Assembly: GCA_002633005.1 (NCBI GenBank)
Contig: NMRA01000093.1
Location: 700,505-764,504 of the forward strand
Direction of reading: 5' to 3'
Origin: Phoronis australis
Lineage: Eukaryota > Animalia > Phoronida
Length of the DNA: 64,000 nucleotides
Positions 1 to 12,791 of this stretch are shown here, one piece after another; the stretch's first letter is position 1; each line of letters starts with the position of its first letter. The notes beneath the pieces are model-generated. The model was not told the origin of the DNA. It did no database searches and saw nothing but the letters and a program-made list of their open reading frames with translations. The position numbers and the translations under genes are program-made.

Positions 1-275
1 AAAATGTCACACCAGTTATTTTTACAGTAAATCATAGCATTTAAAATGTCACACCAGTTATTTTTACAGTAAATCATAGCATTTAAAATGTCACACCAGT
101 TATTTTTACAGTAAATCATAGCATTTAAAAATGTCACACCAGTTATTTTTACAGTAAATCGTAGCATTTAAAAATGTCACACCAGTTATTTTTACAGTAA
201 ATCATAGCATTTAAAATGTCACACCAGTTCTTTTTACAGTAAATCGTAGCATTTAAACTGTCACATCAGTTCTTT
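1..275. repeat. Minisatellite, 42-43 bp unit, about 6.5 copies (probably continues left of the window)
   Basis: The unit AAAATGTCACACCAGTTATTTTTACAGTAAATCATAGCATTT is repeated head-to-tail from base 1. Confidence 0.95.
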
Positions 276-1449
276 CAATTTGACTAGGAAGCAATTAGAG
301 ACCAATTTCCTAACAGTAAGTGGTTTAAAATAAAAGTTGATTTTTTTGGTGGACGTCAAGTTCATAATTATCTGCTTTAATAGTTATTTTATACTCAAAA
401 GTTATTTAAGAAATTCTGTTCTTGGGAACAAAGGTATCCTATTACCATAAATCACTTTTTCGTGGTTTTTGTCAAAGTCTGTTGGAATGTTGATTTGGTG
501 TTGAATATTGTACATCAACAGCTTATTATTTTATATTTTTTGATTCACAATGTATTCTTCAATTCAGAAATTGCCTTGACTTCAGTGGTTTATTTCAATT
601 GATATTGACACTTTGTTTTAAACATACTCAGTGTTTTATATTCTTTAGTTTCAGTGGAGTTTGTCCTGTTGCCAGCACTGTCTATGTTGTCTCCCCTGTA
701 ATGCTTTAGACTTCCTGTTTGTTGTCTAGCTTGCTCGATGTTGTGTTACAGAACGTCTGCACCGTCCTAGAAAACGAACATTCACCAAAAAAGAAATTGT
801 TGCTCACTCTAAAAAGTAAGTTTGTGTGGAGTAACGGACTTAGTGGGGCAGGAAAAATAATTCTTCAGAAATTGGGAGTAGCACAGAATCAAACCGACTT
901 GGCAATAGCAGATGAATGCTCTGCCACTGTGCCAAATCCCAACCATTAACTAGCAGAGTGTTTACACAGCCATATACGTGATTTCAGTGGTTGTCTGCCA
1001 GACAATGGTGTGAACTGGCGATTTGTAATAAAATCACAAAAACACAACGGACTTTGTTGTTTTGTAGTAACTGGTCAAACTCACCCATTCAACAATGATC
1101 CTAAAATTTCCAAAAACGATAAAATGTTCTTGTAAAGCGGGTGCAGATCCAGCAAGAACCCAACTGACTTACGGTGGTTTCACATATACTTTGCTGCTCT
1201 CTAGGAATTCCAAGTGCCTCCAATATTGGTTCATCGTCAGACCCACTCCTGTTCAGTAGCTTATTTGCTGAAACCTGTTTTTAATTGTTAAACAGAGGCT
1301 CGCAAGACATTGGTTGGCTGGCAATATGTGGGGCTTGATATTCTCTAGATAGAGCTGATGAAGAAAAGTCTGAAAAGAGTGAGGGGCGGGTATTGTAACC
1401 GTTGCTGCTGTACGCTTGTCCATTGATGTTGGTGTTCTTTTACTCTTAG

Positions 1450-2092
1450 AATCTATCAGTCGTTACCAGAAGTTAAGCAGGCTGTCGCGAAGAAGAATTG
1501 GGAACAGGAACAGAAAACAAACCGCTTGAGGGCGCAGCTGTTCAAAACGGTTTGTAGAAACATTTATTTAACATTGAATATAGTTTTGTATACACCGTGG
1601 GAGACCCCAATGGAGATAACCAAAACATTGCTGTTGTCATATAATTTTTGTGGGGACTTTCTGTCTCCCCCCCCCCCCCCCCCNNNNNNNNNNNNNNNNN
1701 NNNNNNNNNNNNNNNNNNNNNNNNNNNNNNNNNNNNNNNNNNNNNNNNNNNNNNNNNNNNNNNNNNNNNNNNNNNNNNNNNNNNNNNNNNNNNNNNNNNN
1801 NNNNNNNNNNNNNNNNNNNNNNNNNNNNNNNNNNNNNNNNNNNNNNNNNNNNNNNTCCCCCCCCCCCCCCCCCCTGTTGCTGCATCCTAGATCTGCCAGT
1901 GGTATAATGGATGTTATTGCGACATTGAATGCTGTTGTGGGAGGAAGCTTCAAAAAGCAGGGCGGCCCCGTGAAAAGGGTGACAGTTGGCAACTTTGATG
2001 TAATGCTTGCTAATGTTACAGTCCATCATCTTTTATTACAGAAAGTTCTGGAGAAGGTGTTAAATAAAAGAAAGCCGTGGGTGGCACAGTGA
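1450..2092 (+). CDS. ALMS1: ALMS-motif protein (ALMS1-like centrosomal/basal-body protein), last two coding exons; 5' part lies outside the window
   Basis: Exons are 1450-1549 (ttag|A ATC...ACG|gtttgt) and 2042-2092 (ttacag|AAA...TGA). They splice to IYQSLPEVKQAVAKKNWEQEQKTNRLRAQLFKT-KVLEKVLNKRKPWVAQ*. This matches the C-terminal ALMS motif (IYxxLPEV...RLRAQL.KK.V...L.RK.PW) of ALMS1/C10orf90/CEP295, and the terminal PW favours ALMS1. Confidence 0.75.
1684..1855. other. Assembly gap (172 N) flanked by poly-C runs
   Basis: Run of N inside the last intron of the ALMS-motif gene. Confidence 0.99.
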
Positions 2093-5000
2093 GTCTAGAA
2101 TGTGTTGGCCTGTGGGTTCAAGGTGATATAGAAAGAGCCACCAGAAAGGGAGCCTGGTTATGCCAAAATAGATGTTGTAATGTTATTTGTAATGTTATTT
2201 GTAATGTTATGTGTTTATGTAATGTAATAAATATGGCTGTGCTTTAATTACTAGACTTAACATTGAAAGTAGTTTTAAGTTATTTTTTTTCAAATGTTGT
2301 GCATTTATCTCTTGATTTATTGTAATTGTGTGATTAACTATACCACAGTTGCCATGGAACCCTGGCAATATGTTTTGCTCAAAGTGTGGTAGTTGAGGAT
2401 GATAGCTCAGTTGTTTGTTAATATTTTGAGGACACAACCTGGTTCAGTTGATTTTTACACAAGTATTATTTTGTTATATACTGGTAGATTGTGTCAAATG
2501 CAATACTTGTCTTGTGCCAGCCTATTTGAAGATTTTTCTTACAAATCAGGTAAGATTTTAGAATTTTACGAGTTAGTAGTAAATCTTGCCTGATGCGGAG
2601 TGTAAATAGTTTGTGTTTTTGTACAGTCTTATTTATAAAAAATAAACTTTCACTTGTAACTTACAACCACCTTTTCTTATCGGCTTACTGTAGGTAGTTT
2701 CCAAATACTCTACAGGTTGCACGATAGCAGGCCTGCGGTGGAGGCGTTGTGTGGTAACTGGACGAGTAGAAGCTGTTGCCATTGTGAATTATGATTGAAG
2801 TGTTCTTTTCACGGACTTAATGTCACAAAAATGGATTTTGATAGCGATGCAGTGTGCAAAAAGATATGTGGATTTGTTGATATGAAATTAATCTGTGGTG
2901 GCTGTTGTACATAACAAAATAGAAATTTGTGAAATATGTTAGTGAATTCGCACAGTGTATGATATTTGAACATCAGTAACATTTTATTTTTATGAAACCC
3001 GTACTGTAGCTTGCTCTGTAAACATAAGTTTGTGAAACTCTGGCCTTCTTTCTCACATTGCCATAAAAGTTGAAACAATAACCTCGCAAAATGTATTATG
3101 AGCTTTATTGTACTGCTAAAACTTGTCAAATGAAGCAAAGTTGAATTTTGACTGTCGGGTAGAAACAAAATGGCGCCCATTAACACAAAATGCATGTTTA
3201 CCAGAGAACACACAGAGAATAGTTAAGTAGAATGCAGTCTATTACAGCAACCCCAAAAGCACAAAAATATGTTCTTAAACTAGCACACGGCCTTTATTCA
3301 TGACAGAAATGCAAACTTTAAATACAAAATTTTTGTGATGAGTTATGGGTTTGCAGAATAAGTGGTTAATTCCACTTAGATCCTAGCTCGAAATTAACAG
3401 TGATGTTATGTTCGCCATGACGTTCATCAAATTCACATGGCATATATATAGATATAACAGTCTGCGATGAAGGTAGGCACATAAACTGTGGAATGGAAAG
3501 TCTATGATCAGCCATTATAAGCGTTATTTCATGTAGCTAATTTAAGGGGGCGGGGGGGCATGACCCACCCTAAAATTCTCCAGATTTTATTTGGCGGTTG
3601 GGGGGTGCGAATGTCTGATGAAAAAAATCCTAGCTAATATGCCCTGCACATCCCACCCCCAAAAAAATCAAAATCCTGAATCCACCTCTGATTTCGGAAA
3701 ATCGTAATTGCGTCTATAAACTCATTTCCGGGGTGGGGCTTTTTGTTACGATATTTTTTGTTGTTACCCAGAATTTCAGAAGCTGTCTAAATTTTCACAT
3801 GACCACATTTTATACTGTGTGTAAGCTCTTTATAAAATCTCGAAGTTTTAAAAGATATTTAAGCCCAAATTTAAACTTTCTGTTTTGTTTCTTGCTATAT
3901 GGTGGCATTTTATGAGATAACATTAGACAATATTGGTGTGATTTTTGTACAAATTAAGTTTTCGTTCTTCAATATGGTAAATTGTATATAGAAGGATGCT
4001 GTAGTGGAAATCCACAAAAATGCTGTAAAATAATGAAAAGTACAATAATTAGATAATACTTTTTTATTTTGTTGTCTTAGGAGTTACATATACAACTATC
4101 CAAGATTCAAGTATGTTGCTTGAAGAATCATCAATTGCTGAAGTTCCTGTCAGACATTATATGACAAATATAATGCCNGAAATCAGATTTGTGGCCACAC
4201 CAGAACAAATTCAGCTGAAACGTGATTTTTATAGATGTGTTTGTAGCTATGTATGAGCAGTATTTTCAAATCAGATGGCACAGTTCTTGAAAAATTCTAT
4301 CCAATGCATCAACTCTGACTCCATCAGTATTGAGAATATGAGTTAAGTGTACAGTTTCTGTGGTATGGAAATCAGGAAATTTCTGGTCTAATGGTAAAAT
4401 ACTTGTCGAGTGTGATAGCACTAACAAAATCAAATTCCTGTTGGTACTTATGGAACAGTGAAAGGTCTTACCAGCTGCTTACCTGTTTATATTTGGCTTC
4501 TTTTTACTTCCCTGTAACAACAAAGAATCAGTCTTCTGCCATCTTGTGCTCATAATTTTTACCAGACGACGTCTTATTAAAATTACCAGTGATCCAAATG
4601 CCAGACAAGTAATTTGTGTATTATAGTTTGCGAGTTCACCACTAGGTGAAAGATACAATTGGTGAAGTAAAAAGCAAACAGTAAATATTGAATATCCTAG
4701 TGAACAAGCATATCTGGACAAGCAGAAATGTCCATTGCAGCAACCAGAAACACCGTGGTGACTGCATTTGTCTGGGTGTTTTTTAAATTTTGCTTGGGAA
4801 ATGGAATTGGGGGAAATAGGGGTATGTAGATGAAAAGCACCGTGATATGCAGCCATGCATTTGCACTATGGTGTAACTTTGTAAATAACACCGGGGGGCA
4901 TGCTGGTGCGGGAGGAAGCTTCAAAAAGCAGTGCGGCCCCGTGAAAAGGGTGACAGTTGGCAACTTTGATGTAATGCTTGCTAATGTTACAGTCAGTCAT

Positions 5001-7188
5001 CTTTTGTTACAGAAAGTTCTGGAGAAGGTGTTAAATAAAAGAAAGCCGTGGGTGGTACAGTGAGTCTAGAATGTGTTGGCCTGTGGGTTCAAGGTGATAT
5101 AGAAAGAGCCACCAGAAAGGGAGCCTGGTTATGCCAAAATAGATGTTGTAATGTTATTTGTAATGTTATTTGTAATGTTATTTGTAATGTTATGTGTTTA
5201 TGTAATGTAATAAATATGGCTGTGCTTTAATTACTAGACTTAACATTGAAAGTAGTTTTAAGTTATTTTTTTTCAAATGTTGTGCATTTTTCTTTTGATT
5301 TATTGTAATTGTGTGATTAACTATACAATAGTTGCCATGGAACCCTGGCAATATGTTTTGCTCAAAGTGTGGTAGTTGAGGATGATAGCTCAGTTGTTTG
5401 TTAATATTTTGACGACACAACATGTGGTTCAGTACAAGTATTATTTTGCGAATAATGTTTATATACCGGTAGTTTGTATCAAATGCAATATTTGTCTTGT
5501 GCCAGCCTATTTGACGATTTTTCTTACAAATCAGGTAAGATTTTAGAATTTTGCGAGTTAGCACTAAATCTTTCCTGATGCGAAGTGTAAATAGTTTGTG
5601 TTTTTGTACAGTCTTATTTATAAAAAATAAACTTGCACGTGTAACTTACAACCACCTTTTCTTATCGGCTTACTGTAGATAGTTTCCAAATACTCTACAG
5701 GTTGCAGTGCAGCAGGCCTGCAGTGGAAGCGTTGTGTGGTAACTGGACGAGTAGAAGCTGTTGCCATTGCGAATTATGATTTGAAGTGTTCTTTTCACGG
5801 ACTTAATGTCACAAAAATGGATTTTGATAGCGATGCAGTGTGCAAAAAGATATTTGAATGTGTTGATATGAAATTAATCTATGGTGGCTGTTGTACATAA
5901 CAAAATAGAAATTTGTGAAATATGTTAGTGAATCGCACAGTGTATGATATTTGAACATCAGTAACATTTTATTTTTATGAAACCCGTACTGTAGCTCACT
6001 CTGTAAACATAAGTTTATGAAACTCTGGCCTTCTTTCTCACATTGCCAGAAAAGTTGAAACAATAACCTCGCAAAATGTATTATGAGCTTTATTGTACTG
6101 CTAAAACTTGTCAAATGAAGCAAAGTTGAATTTTGACTATCCGGTAGAAACAAAATGGCACCCATTAACATAAAATGCATGTTTGCCAGAGAACAGGCAG
6201 AGAATAGTTTTAACTATTCTCTGCATTCTACTTAAAAGTAGAATGCAGTCTATTACAGCAACCCCAAAAGCACAAAAATATGTTCTTAAACTAGCACACG
6301 GCCTTTATTCATGACAGAAATGCAAACTTTAAATACAAAATTTTTGTGATGAGTTATGGGTTTGCAGAATAAGTGGTTAATTCCACTTAGATCCTAGCTC
6401 GAAATTAACAGTGATGTTATGTTCGCCATGACGTTCATCAAATTCACATGGCATATATATAGGTATAACAGTCTGCGATGAAGGTAGGCACATAAACTGT
6501 GGAATGGAAAGTCTATGATCAGCCATTATAAGCGTTATTTCATGTAGCTAATTTAAGGGGGCGGGGGGGCATGACCCACCCTAAAATTCTCCAGATTTTA
6601 TTTGGCGGTTGGGGGGTGCGAATGTCTGATGAAAAAAATCCTAGCTAATATGACCTGCACATCCCACCCCCAAAAAAATCAAAATCCTGAATCCACCCCT
6701 GATTTCGGAAAATCGGAATTGTGTCTATAAACTCATTTCCGGGGTGGGGCTTTTTGTTACAATATTTTTTGTTGTTACCCAGAATTTCAGAAGCTGTCTA
6801 AATTTTCACATGACCACATTTTATACTGTGTGTAAGCTCTTTATGAAATCTCGAAGTTTTAAAAGATATTTAAGCCCAAATTTAAACTTTCTGTTTTGTT
6901 TCTTGCTATATGGTGGCATTTTATGAGATAACATTAGACAATATTGGTGTGATTTTTGTACAAATTAAGTTTTCGTTCTTCAATATGGTAAATTGTATAT
7001 AGAAGGATGCTGTAGTGGAAATCCACAAAAATGCTGTAAAATAATGAAAAGTACAATAATTAGATAATACTTTTTTATTTTGTTGTCTTAGGAGTTACAT
7101 ATACAACTATCCAAGATTCAAGTATGTTGCTTGAAGAATCATCAATTGCTGAAGTTCCTGTCAGACATTATATGACAAATACAATGCC
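1929..7188. repeat. Direct duplication of about 2.25 kb (copy 1 ~1929-4177, copy 2 ~4900-7188); true tandem duplication or uncollapsed haplotype
   Basis: The copies are near-identical at an offset of ~2970-3010, with scattered SNPs and indels. Copy 1 ends exactly at a single N (4178). Confidence 0.93.
5013..5063 (+). CDS. Second copy of the ALMS-motif terminal coding exon
   Basis: The acceptor ttacag| is intact and the exon reads KVLEKVLNKRKPWVVQ* (A->V relative to copy 1). It lies inside the duplicated block. Confidence 0.4.
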   Translation, partial: KVLEKVLNKRKPWVVQ

Positions 7189-10100
7189 TTGCCCGCTAAC
7201 TCAAAAGTGAATATTGAAGCCACAAGCAAAATGCATATATTCCTTGATTCTTTTTTAGTTAAGTATTTTATTCATGAAAATGAACAATTATATTAATGAA
7301 ACAAGTATTTGTACAAACATCCATACTTCAAAATAATAGGTAAATACGATTTGATTTTTACGACTGCTTCAAATAATTGCTTAGGATTTCCCAAAAGACT
7401 GTTTTATGGTGTTTCATACTTCTCGAAAGGAGGAGTAGTACACTATGGCGATCTCTCCAGATGCTTAAGGGGTCCATGGCCTTGTCTTTGGCTGAAGGGG
7501 TGGCACGATAGAGGTGTCATTTTTCTGTTAATTTCAGTTTCTGTGTAAGAGGAGAAAATTCTTATAGAAATCGATAGATTGCGTCAACCCGGCAAAGGCC
7601 CTTGAGTTAATGTTTCTCGATTACCATTGACGTCAATCACTACATAACAAAATATGTTTCTTATATGTTACCAGTCATCGGGAAATTCGTCTGCTTATGG
7701 CGTCAACCTGCCCACAGGTCTTAGGAAATGTTATGCATCGACGTGATTTTTCAATAACTCAGGTCTACAACATTATCAGGGATGATAAGATTCTGCTTTA
7801 GTTGACAACGGAAGTCCTCAAGCATATTGCAGCGTCTGTGCCGGTTTGGCATATTACCCTGGACCACTTGCTTTGTCTTTTATCTGTACTTTCAAATAAT
7901 TGATTTTGAAATGTGTAGCCATTTCCTTCCTCTGCAATAATTAGAAAGTGTATTTTGGTGCGGGAAAGATAAGTGTTCTTTTTTTCGCTGCCAGATTTTT
8001 TTGCGAAGTAGCCATATACATGGGAATATTTATTAATGGTACTGAGAGAAACAGACTGTTCATTTCCTTGTAGTATATTAGTTGTCTTTTTCTTGGTGTC
8101 ATTAAGCAGTGGGGACAGAAAATCTTTTTGACTCCAATTAGTTTTTGGAGGAAATCTTATACTTTCTAAGGATCTCGCTGAATAAATCCAAAGAAGATGC
8201 CAGTTCCTGATGTTCACAGCACGTGCAGAACAGTGCAAAGCGCTGATAACTTATGCAGGGAACTATGTACTGTAATCAGAGGTAGATCCAGAATTTTGAG
8301 TTAGGGGGTGGGCAGGGAACCTGGGAACAGGAATAACCAGAATTTCGCCACATGCGTGCGCCCAGCCTAAAATATAGGGATGCAGGGGTCTTAAATTTTT
8401 GGGTTTGTGGACCTTATTACTAGAAAAAAACGGTAAGCGGGGTTTGTTCAAGGCCTATACGTTGTGCATTCGCCCCCCGAGCCCCCTTGGGTGCGCGCTT
8501 ATGTTAGTCAGCAAGTCGCACCTCGAACTGCCATATGGTATCTGGGAGAATTTTAGGGAGGCNCCCCTAAATCTGCCACTGGTAATACTGACATGTTCAA
8601 TTTCACCCTCTAGGAGCAATTCATTTCCAGTAACAATCTACAAAGTTCGCATTTCAATGAAAACTTCATTTTAACACTGTACCTGGATGTTACTGCATGT
8701 TTCTAGCACAACTTCGGGTGCGGGAACTGTCAACGTATCCGGTGGTGGTTGGATTCGTGTGTTTGAGAAAATTCTGTGTTGAAATCAATGTCGGTTATTT
8801 TTAGCGTTGACCCAAACCCTCGGGATTTAACAACCCAGTCATAGTATTTAGGATTCCGACTCATGTTTTGTATCAGACCCATTGTTATAATCCGCCATCC
8901 GACCATGGAAATTGTGAATTCGGTCTCTCTCTGTGGTGTGCTTCTCGTGTCATTGACTTCGCCTGCAGATCGTTTGACTGCGACCGCGGAGGTTGCGGGT
9001 AGTCCTCTTCGCTGAGGCGGATCTCAGACGAAAAATCACTTTTCTGGCTTATAAGTTGCGTGCCGCCCAACTCAGTCGTCGCAATACATGTGGCACTATT
9101 CAATATTTTGAACGAACAAGTATGATAGATTCATTCAAACCTGTATGTTGTGTTCCGCAATTCGTAATGGAAGACTGGGTGGGGCTAGCTGCCAGTTGGC
9201 GCATACCGGCATAAATCGAATTCTATCCTAATTTCTATTATTGTAGACCTTTGGTTGTGCTGAAATCAAGTGAAACATTATGATTGATATCCAGCACCAA
9301 TTATGGTATGTCATGTTAAGCCTGTCGTTTTGCTTCATTTTGGTAAGAAACTTCACATAACTGATTAGATGAAACTGATTTAAAAAAAGCTTGCTCCTGA
9401 ACGTGATGCTCTTTCAGCATGATGAAGAAATTAGTCTTTGCTTTAGATCACTTAGGGGCGATTTCGCGGATATCAGAGGTTGTAGCCTACTGTTTCCCTT
9501 TATTTTGATGAGAAACTTCATAAAACAAATTTTATGGAAACTTGTTAAGCCATTCGGATGGCTTCCACAATGCTGTTAATGTGGTGCATTTTTAAGAAGT
9601 AAACTGGATATAGAAAAGATTTTGATTTTGAATTTCTGGTGGTTCATCACAAATGGACGTAGGCTATAATCGTCTCACGATGAAATGGAGTGGAGTGACA
9701 CAAGTCCGAACTTCAAACTATTTTAGTGACCAAAAACTCGAAAAAATAGTATGCATACATGGGAAGTGGTCAATTTTTTTAATGATATCGTCTGATGGAC
9801 GAGACTCCTCCAGTGAATACAAAAGGAAACTGTGCAATGAGCAAGGTCCTGAAGGTGAGTCATGTCGCACATTAAAGAACGGTGGGTCTGTATCCCGACT
9901 GATCAGAGGTTATTGGAATATTTAAAAACTCAATGGATATCTCGGCTTTTCATAACACTCACAATAGGCACAGGTCGCCCACTCTATGTTGACAACAAAA
10001 ACAAATCGAGTGAGTGTCAAACGTTTTTATCCCTAATTAATTTCGGAGTCATTGGACAGGCAGTCATTTAGGACTGGGGCTCAGTAGAGGAACATTAGTG

Positions 10101-12626
10101 GACCCTCTTCACGGGTCATTGACCACTCGATTTCCACGGCCATTAAACCAGTTTCTATGTGTCACGGCGAATACTGTATAAAAAGTATCCCGCCCGTACA
10201 CCCTCGAAAGTGGGACTTGATTCTTGACGTTAGATGTCTCTCCTATCACCAAAATTATACCAAATATTGCACCCCTTTTAAATGGACGAATCCATTGCGC
10301 TTGTTGTCTGTCAAGACGGATCATCACACATTGACTTTTGAAAGTCGGGGATGTGCGGTTGGCAAGTATCAGTCTGTCCCAGGTCTGGATAACGATTTTC
10401 AATAAGTTGACGGATGCACGATTTGTGATTCTTACGGTAAGTGTGTACCACTTAGACGTTCAAGATATAAGACCAACTACTTGATTATTTTTCAGTTGTG
10501 TACAGGGTTCTAATTACAGTTTTTTAGTCTAAAATGTAATTATTTAATAAACACTTTCCACCTTTTGGTATATATCACCATTTACATAATTGTATAATCC
10601 TTGAAAATAAATGACTTAGATCAGTGTTATTCTTTTATAGTTTAAGCTATTTTCAAGTGCCTCTTACCAGTGAAACCTTGTTCAACAGCTCAGTTGTTGC
10701 TCATTCTACTGCTTTACCCAATGTCCGAACATTTTTTGATTGAAGTATTTAGGCTACTGTTTAAGAAAAACACAGTTGAACATTTTGTTTCTATATGGGG
10801 CTTTTGTGTACTAGGATTGTTGAGTGTACTTGTTAAGTACTAGATTGCTTTGTACTTACCCAATTCTCAGCAGTAGTACAGTGCAATACTTAAAAATTCC
10901 TTGCTGCCTTCCCTACCAATGTGGTTGGTCTGTAATCCACCTGGGTAATTTCCTGTCATGACTACTGCAGTCATAAGTCTGTTTGTGATCCATGCTCTGT
11001 CAATGAACTGAGTGTGCAGACCATGTATCTATTCCCTGAACCCTTTTGTGAACCTTTACCCACCAAAGATCATGTCATTATGTAGACTAACAAAATGACA
11101 GTGTATGTAACATCAGACATAACTCTGTTCTATAAATAAATTCAGGTGCTATGTAATGTGTTACAAATTTTGGACAGGTCAGCTATCTTGAAATTTTGGC
11201 CTACCATGAGAAGTGGTAGAGGTCAGGCAGTGAATAGGTTCTCAGCTAAAATAACTTATCATGGAAATAAATGAAAACACTGTTAATACACACTTGATCT
11301 ATTCAGGTGGGATGGTCTGTTGTGTCATAACAACCTGGGTTAAGAAACTGTGCCAATCCATCACTGTGGCCAATTGTCTCTTTGTGATGCTCAGGGGCAT
11401 ATAATTTATGTAGGCACACATTTGAATTAATCTGAACTGGAGCATCCAGGTATATGAACCTGTCTACTTCAAAGTCGTTTAAATTACAGGTAAGCTCAGA
11501 CTATTACCTGCCATGTCTAGGTGCAGGGCTTATATACACAAACTTGGAGATTACCGGAGGATGGAGTGGTTTTGGAGAATGCAAATACTTATAAGACTAT
11601 TCAGTCATTGTTCAGTATACATTTTTATTATCTCTCTGGTTTAAACATTTTTGGTATTGGCGTGTGAGCATATAAAATTAGATGCCATTTTAACAGTGTG
11701 CTTGCTGAACAACTCAAGCCCCAATGCCAAAAACCAATCAAGAAATGTAACAGCTCAAGGAGAGGTGACTGTTTTTTAAAGAGAAATTATTGGTTTTAGG
11801 ACTGACAACACATTTGTGGGATTATTGTTAGATAAGATGGGGCTTTAGTAATTAACAACAAAATCTGTTGTGTTTTTGTGATTTTATTGTAAATGGTTCG
11901 TTCTGCTCATTGTCAGCCAGATATTCACTGAAACAAGATAGGTGATTTTCCAGTAAAATACGCTTAAAATATTTTGCCAGCAGAGCGTTACACTGGGACT
12001 GTGGGGTTACAAGTTCGATTCTGCACTGAGGCTGTGCTAAAAAAATAGTTTTCTCTACCATCTGGTCATTTCAACACAATAGCATATAGGCTTGTGTTAT
12101 CAAGTTTTCAACACCTTTTTGTAACATAAGAGTTAATTGGCTAAGATTATAAGGGCTGAGTATGTTTGAAATTTTCTTTTTTTAATTTTACGCGATATGA
12201 TTAATGCAGTTGACATTTTGTACCGTTGTTTATTATATTACAAGACTATTCCAATAATCAACCAGATTTTGGGATATTTTCTTTTCCACTCTGTTGTCAC
12301 TTGACATTTTGAATCATGAAATTGACAATTCATCCCAGTCTGTGCTTCCTTCACATCTGTTAGTTGGATGATTTGAGCCGAATTGACAAGAAAATGTGTT
12401 TGTAATTGAAGAGATCTACCTGTTCCATTAACTGCGTCATTAGTGGAGAATCTGTCCGTTATGCTTCACTGTGATAACTAGTAGGGCGTTCAGACTAGAC
12501 CTAGGACATGGCCTGTCGCTGTAAAGTGTTATTGAAATTTTATTATCAAGTCAGTGTAGGTTTTAACATCATTCTTTGTGGACTCTGAGGGTCTGTTATA
12601 CTTTGCCAAAATTCTCTGTTGTAGTT

Positions 12627-12791
12627 CACGTATGCAGATCCAGGGAAGGTCCAGGGGGTCCAGACCCACCCTTTTTTCCCTTGATTTTAGGGATATCAAA
12701 TCTAGAATTTTCAAATTGTTGACTTGGACCCCCTTTTTAAAAAAAATCCTTGATCCGACTCCCCTTTCAAGTAATCCTGGATCCACCCCTG
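12627..12791. mobile_element. Short non-autonomous DNA-element (MITE-like) copy of a CAG..GCAGATCCAG / CTGGATCCACCCCTG-ended family
   Basis: Imperfect terminal inverted repeats surround G/C-run-rich internal sequence. Related ends occur at ~1885-1901, ~3545-3690, ~6555-6700, ~8277-8581 and ~41797-41941. Confidence 0.55.

Noticed and set aside
1-275. Regular repeats as a CRISPR array (also 27390-27544)
   Set aside because: The units are head-to-tail with no unique spacers, and the context is eukaryotic with no cas genes. These are ordinary minisatellites.
1349-1378. Possible extra ALMS exon IELMKKSLKR before IYQSLPEV
   Set aside because: Its GT donor is phase 0, while the 1450 acceptor needs phase 2. 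Joining them frameshifts, and the match to the motif is poor.
1526-2092. Long ORFs of 80-188 aa around the first gap
   Set aside because: They are open only because of N and poly-C runs. Only 2042-2092 and the stretch up to 1549 are coding.
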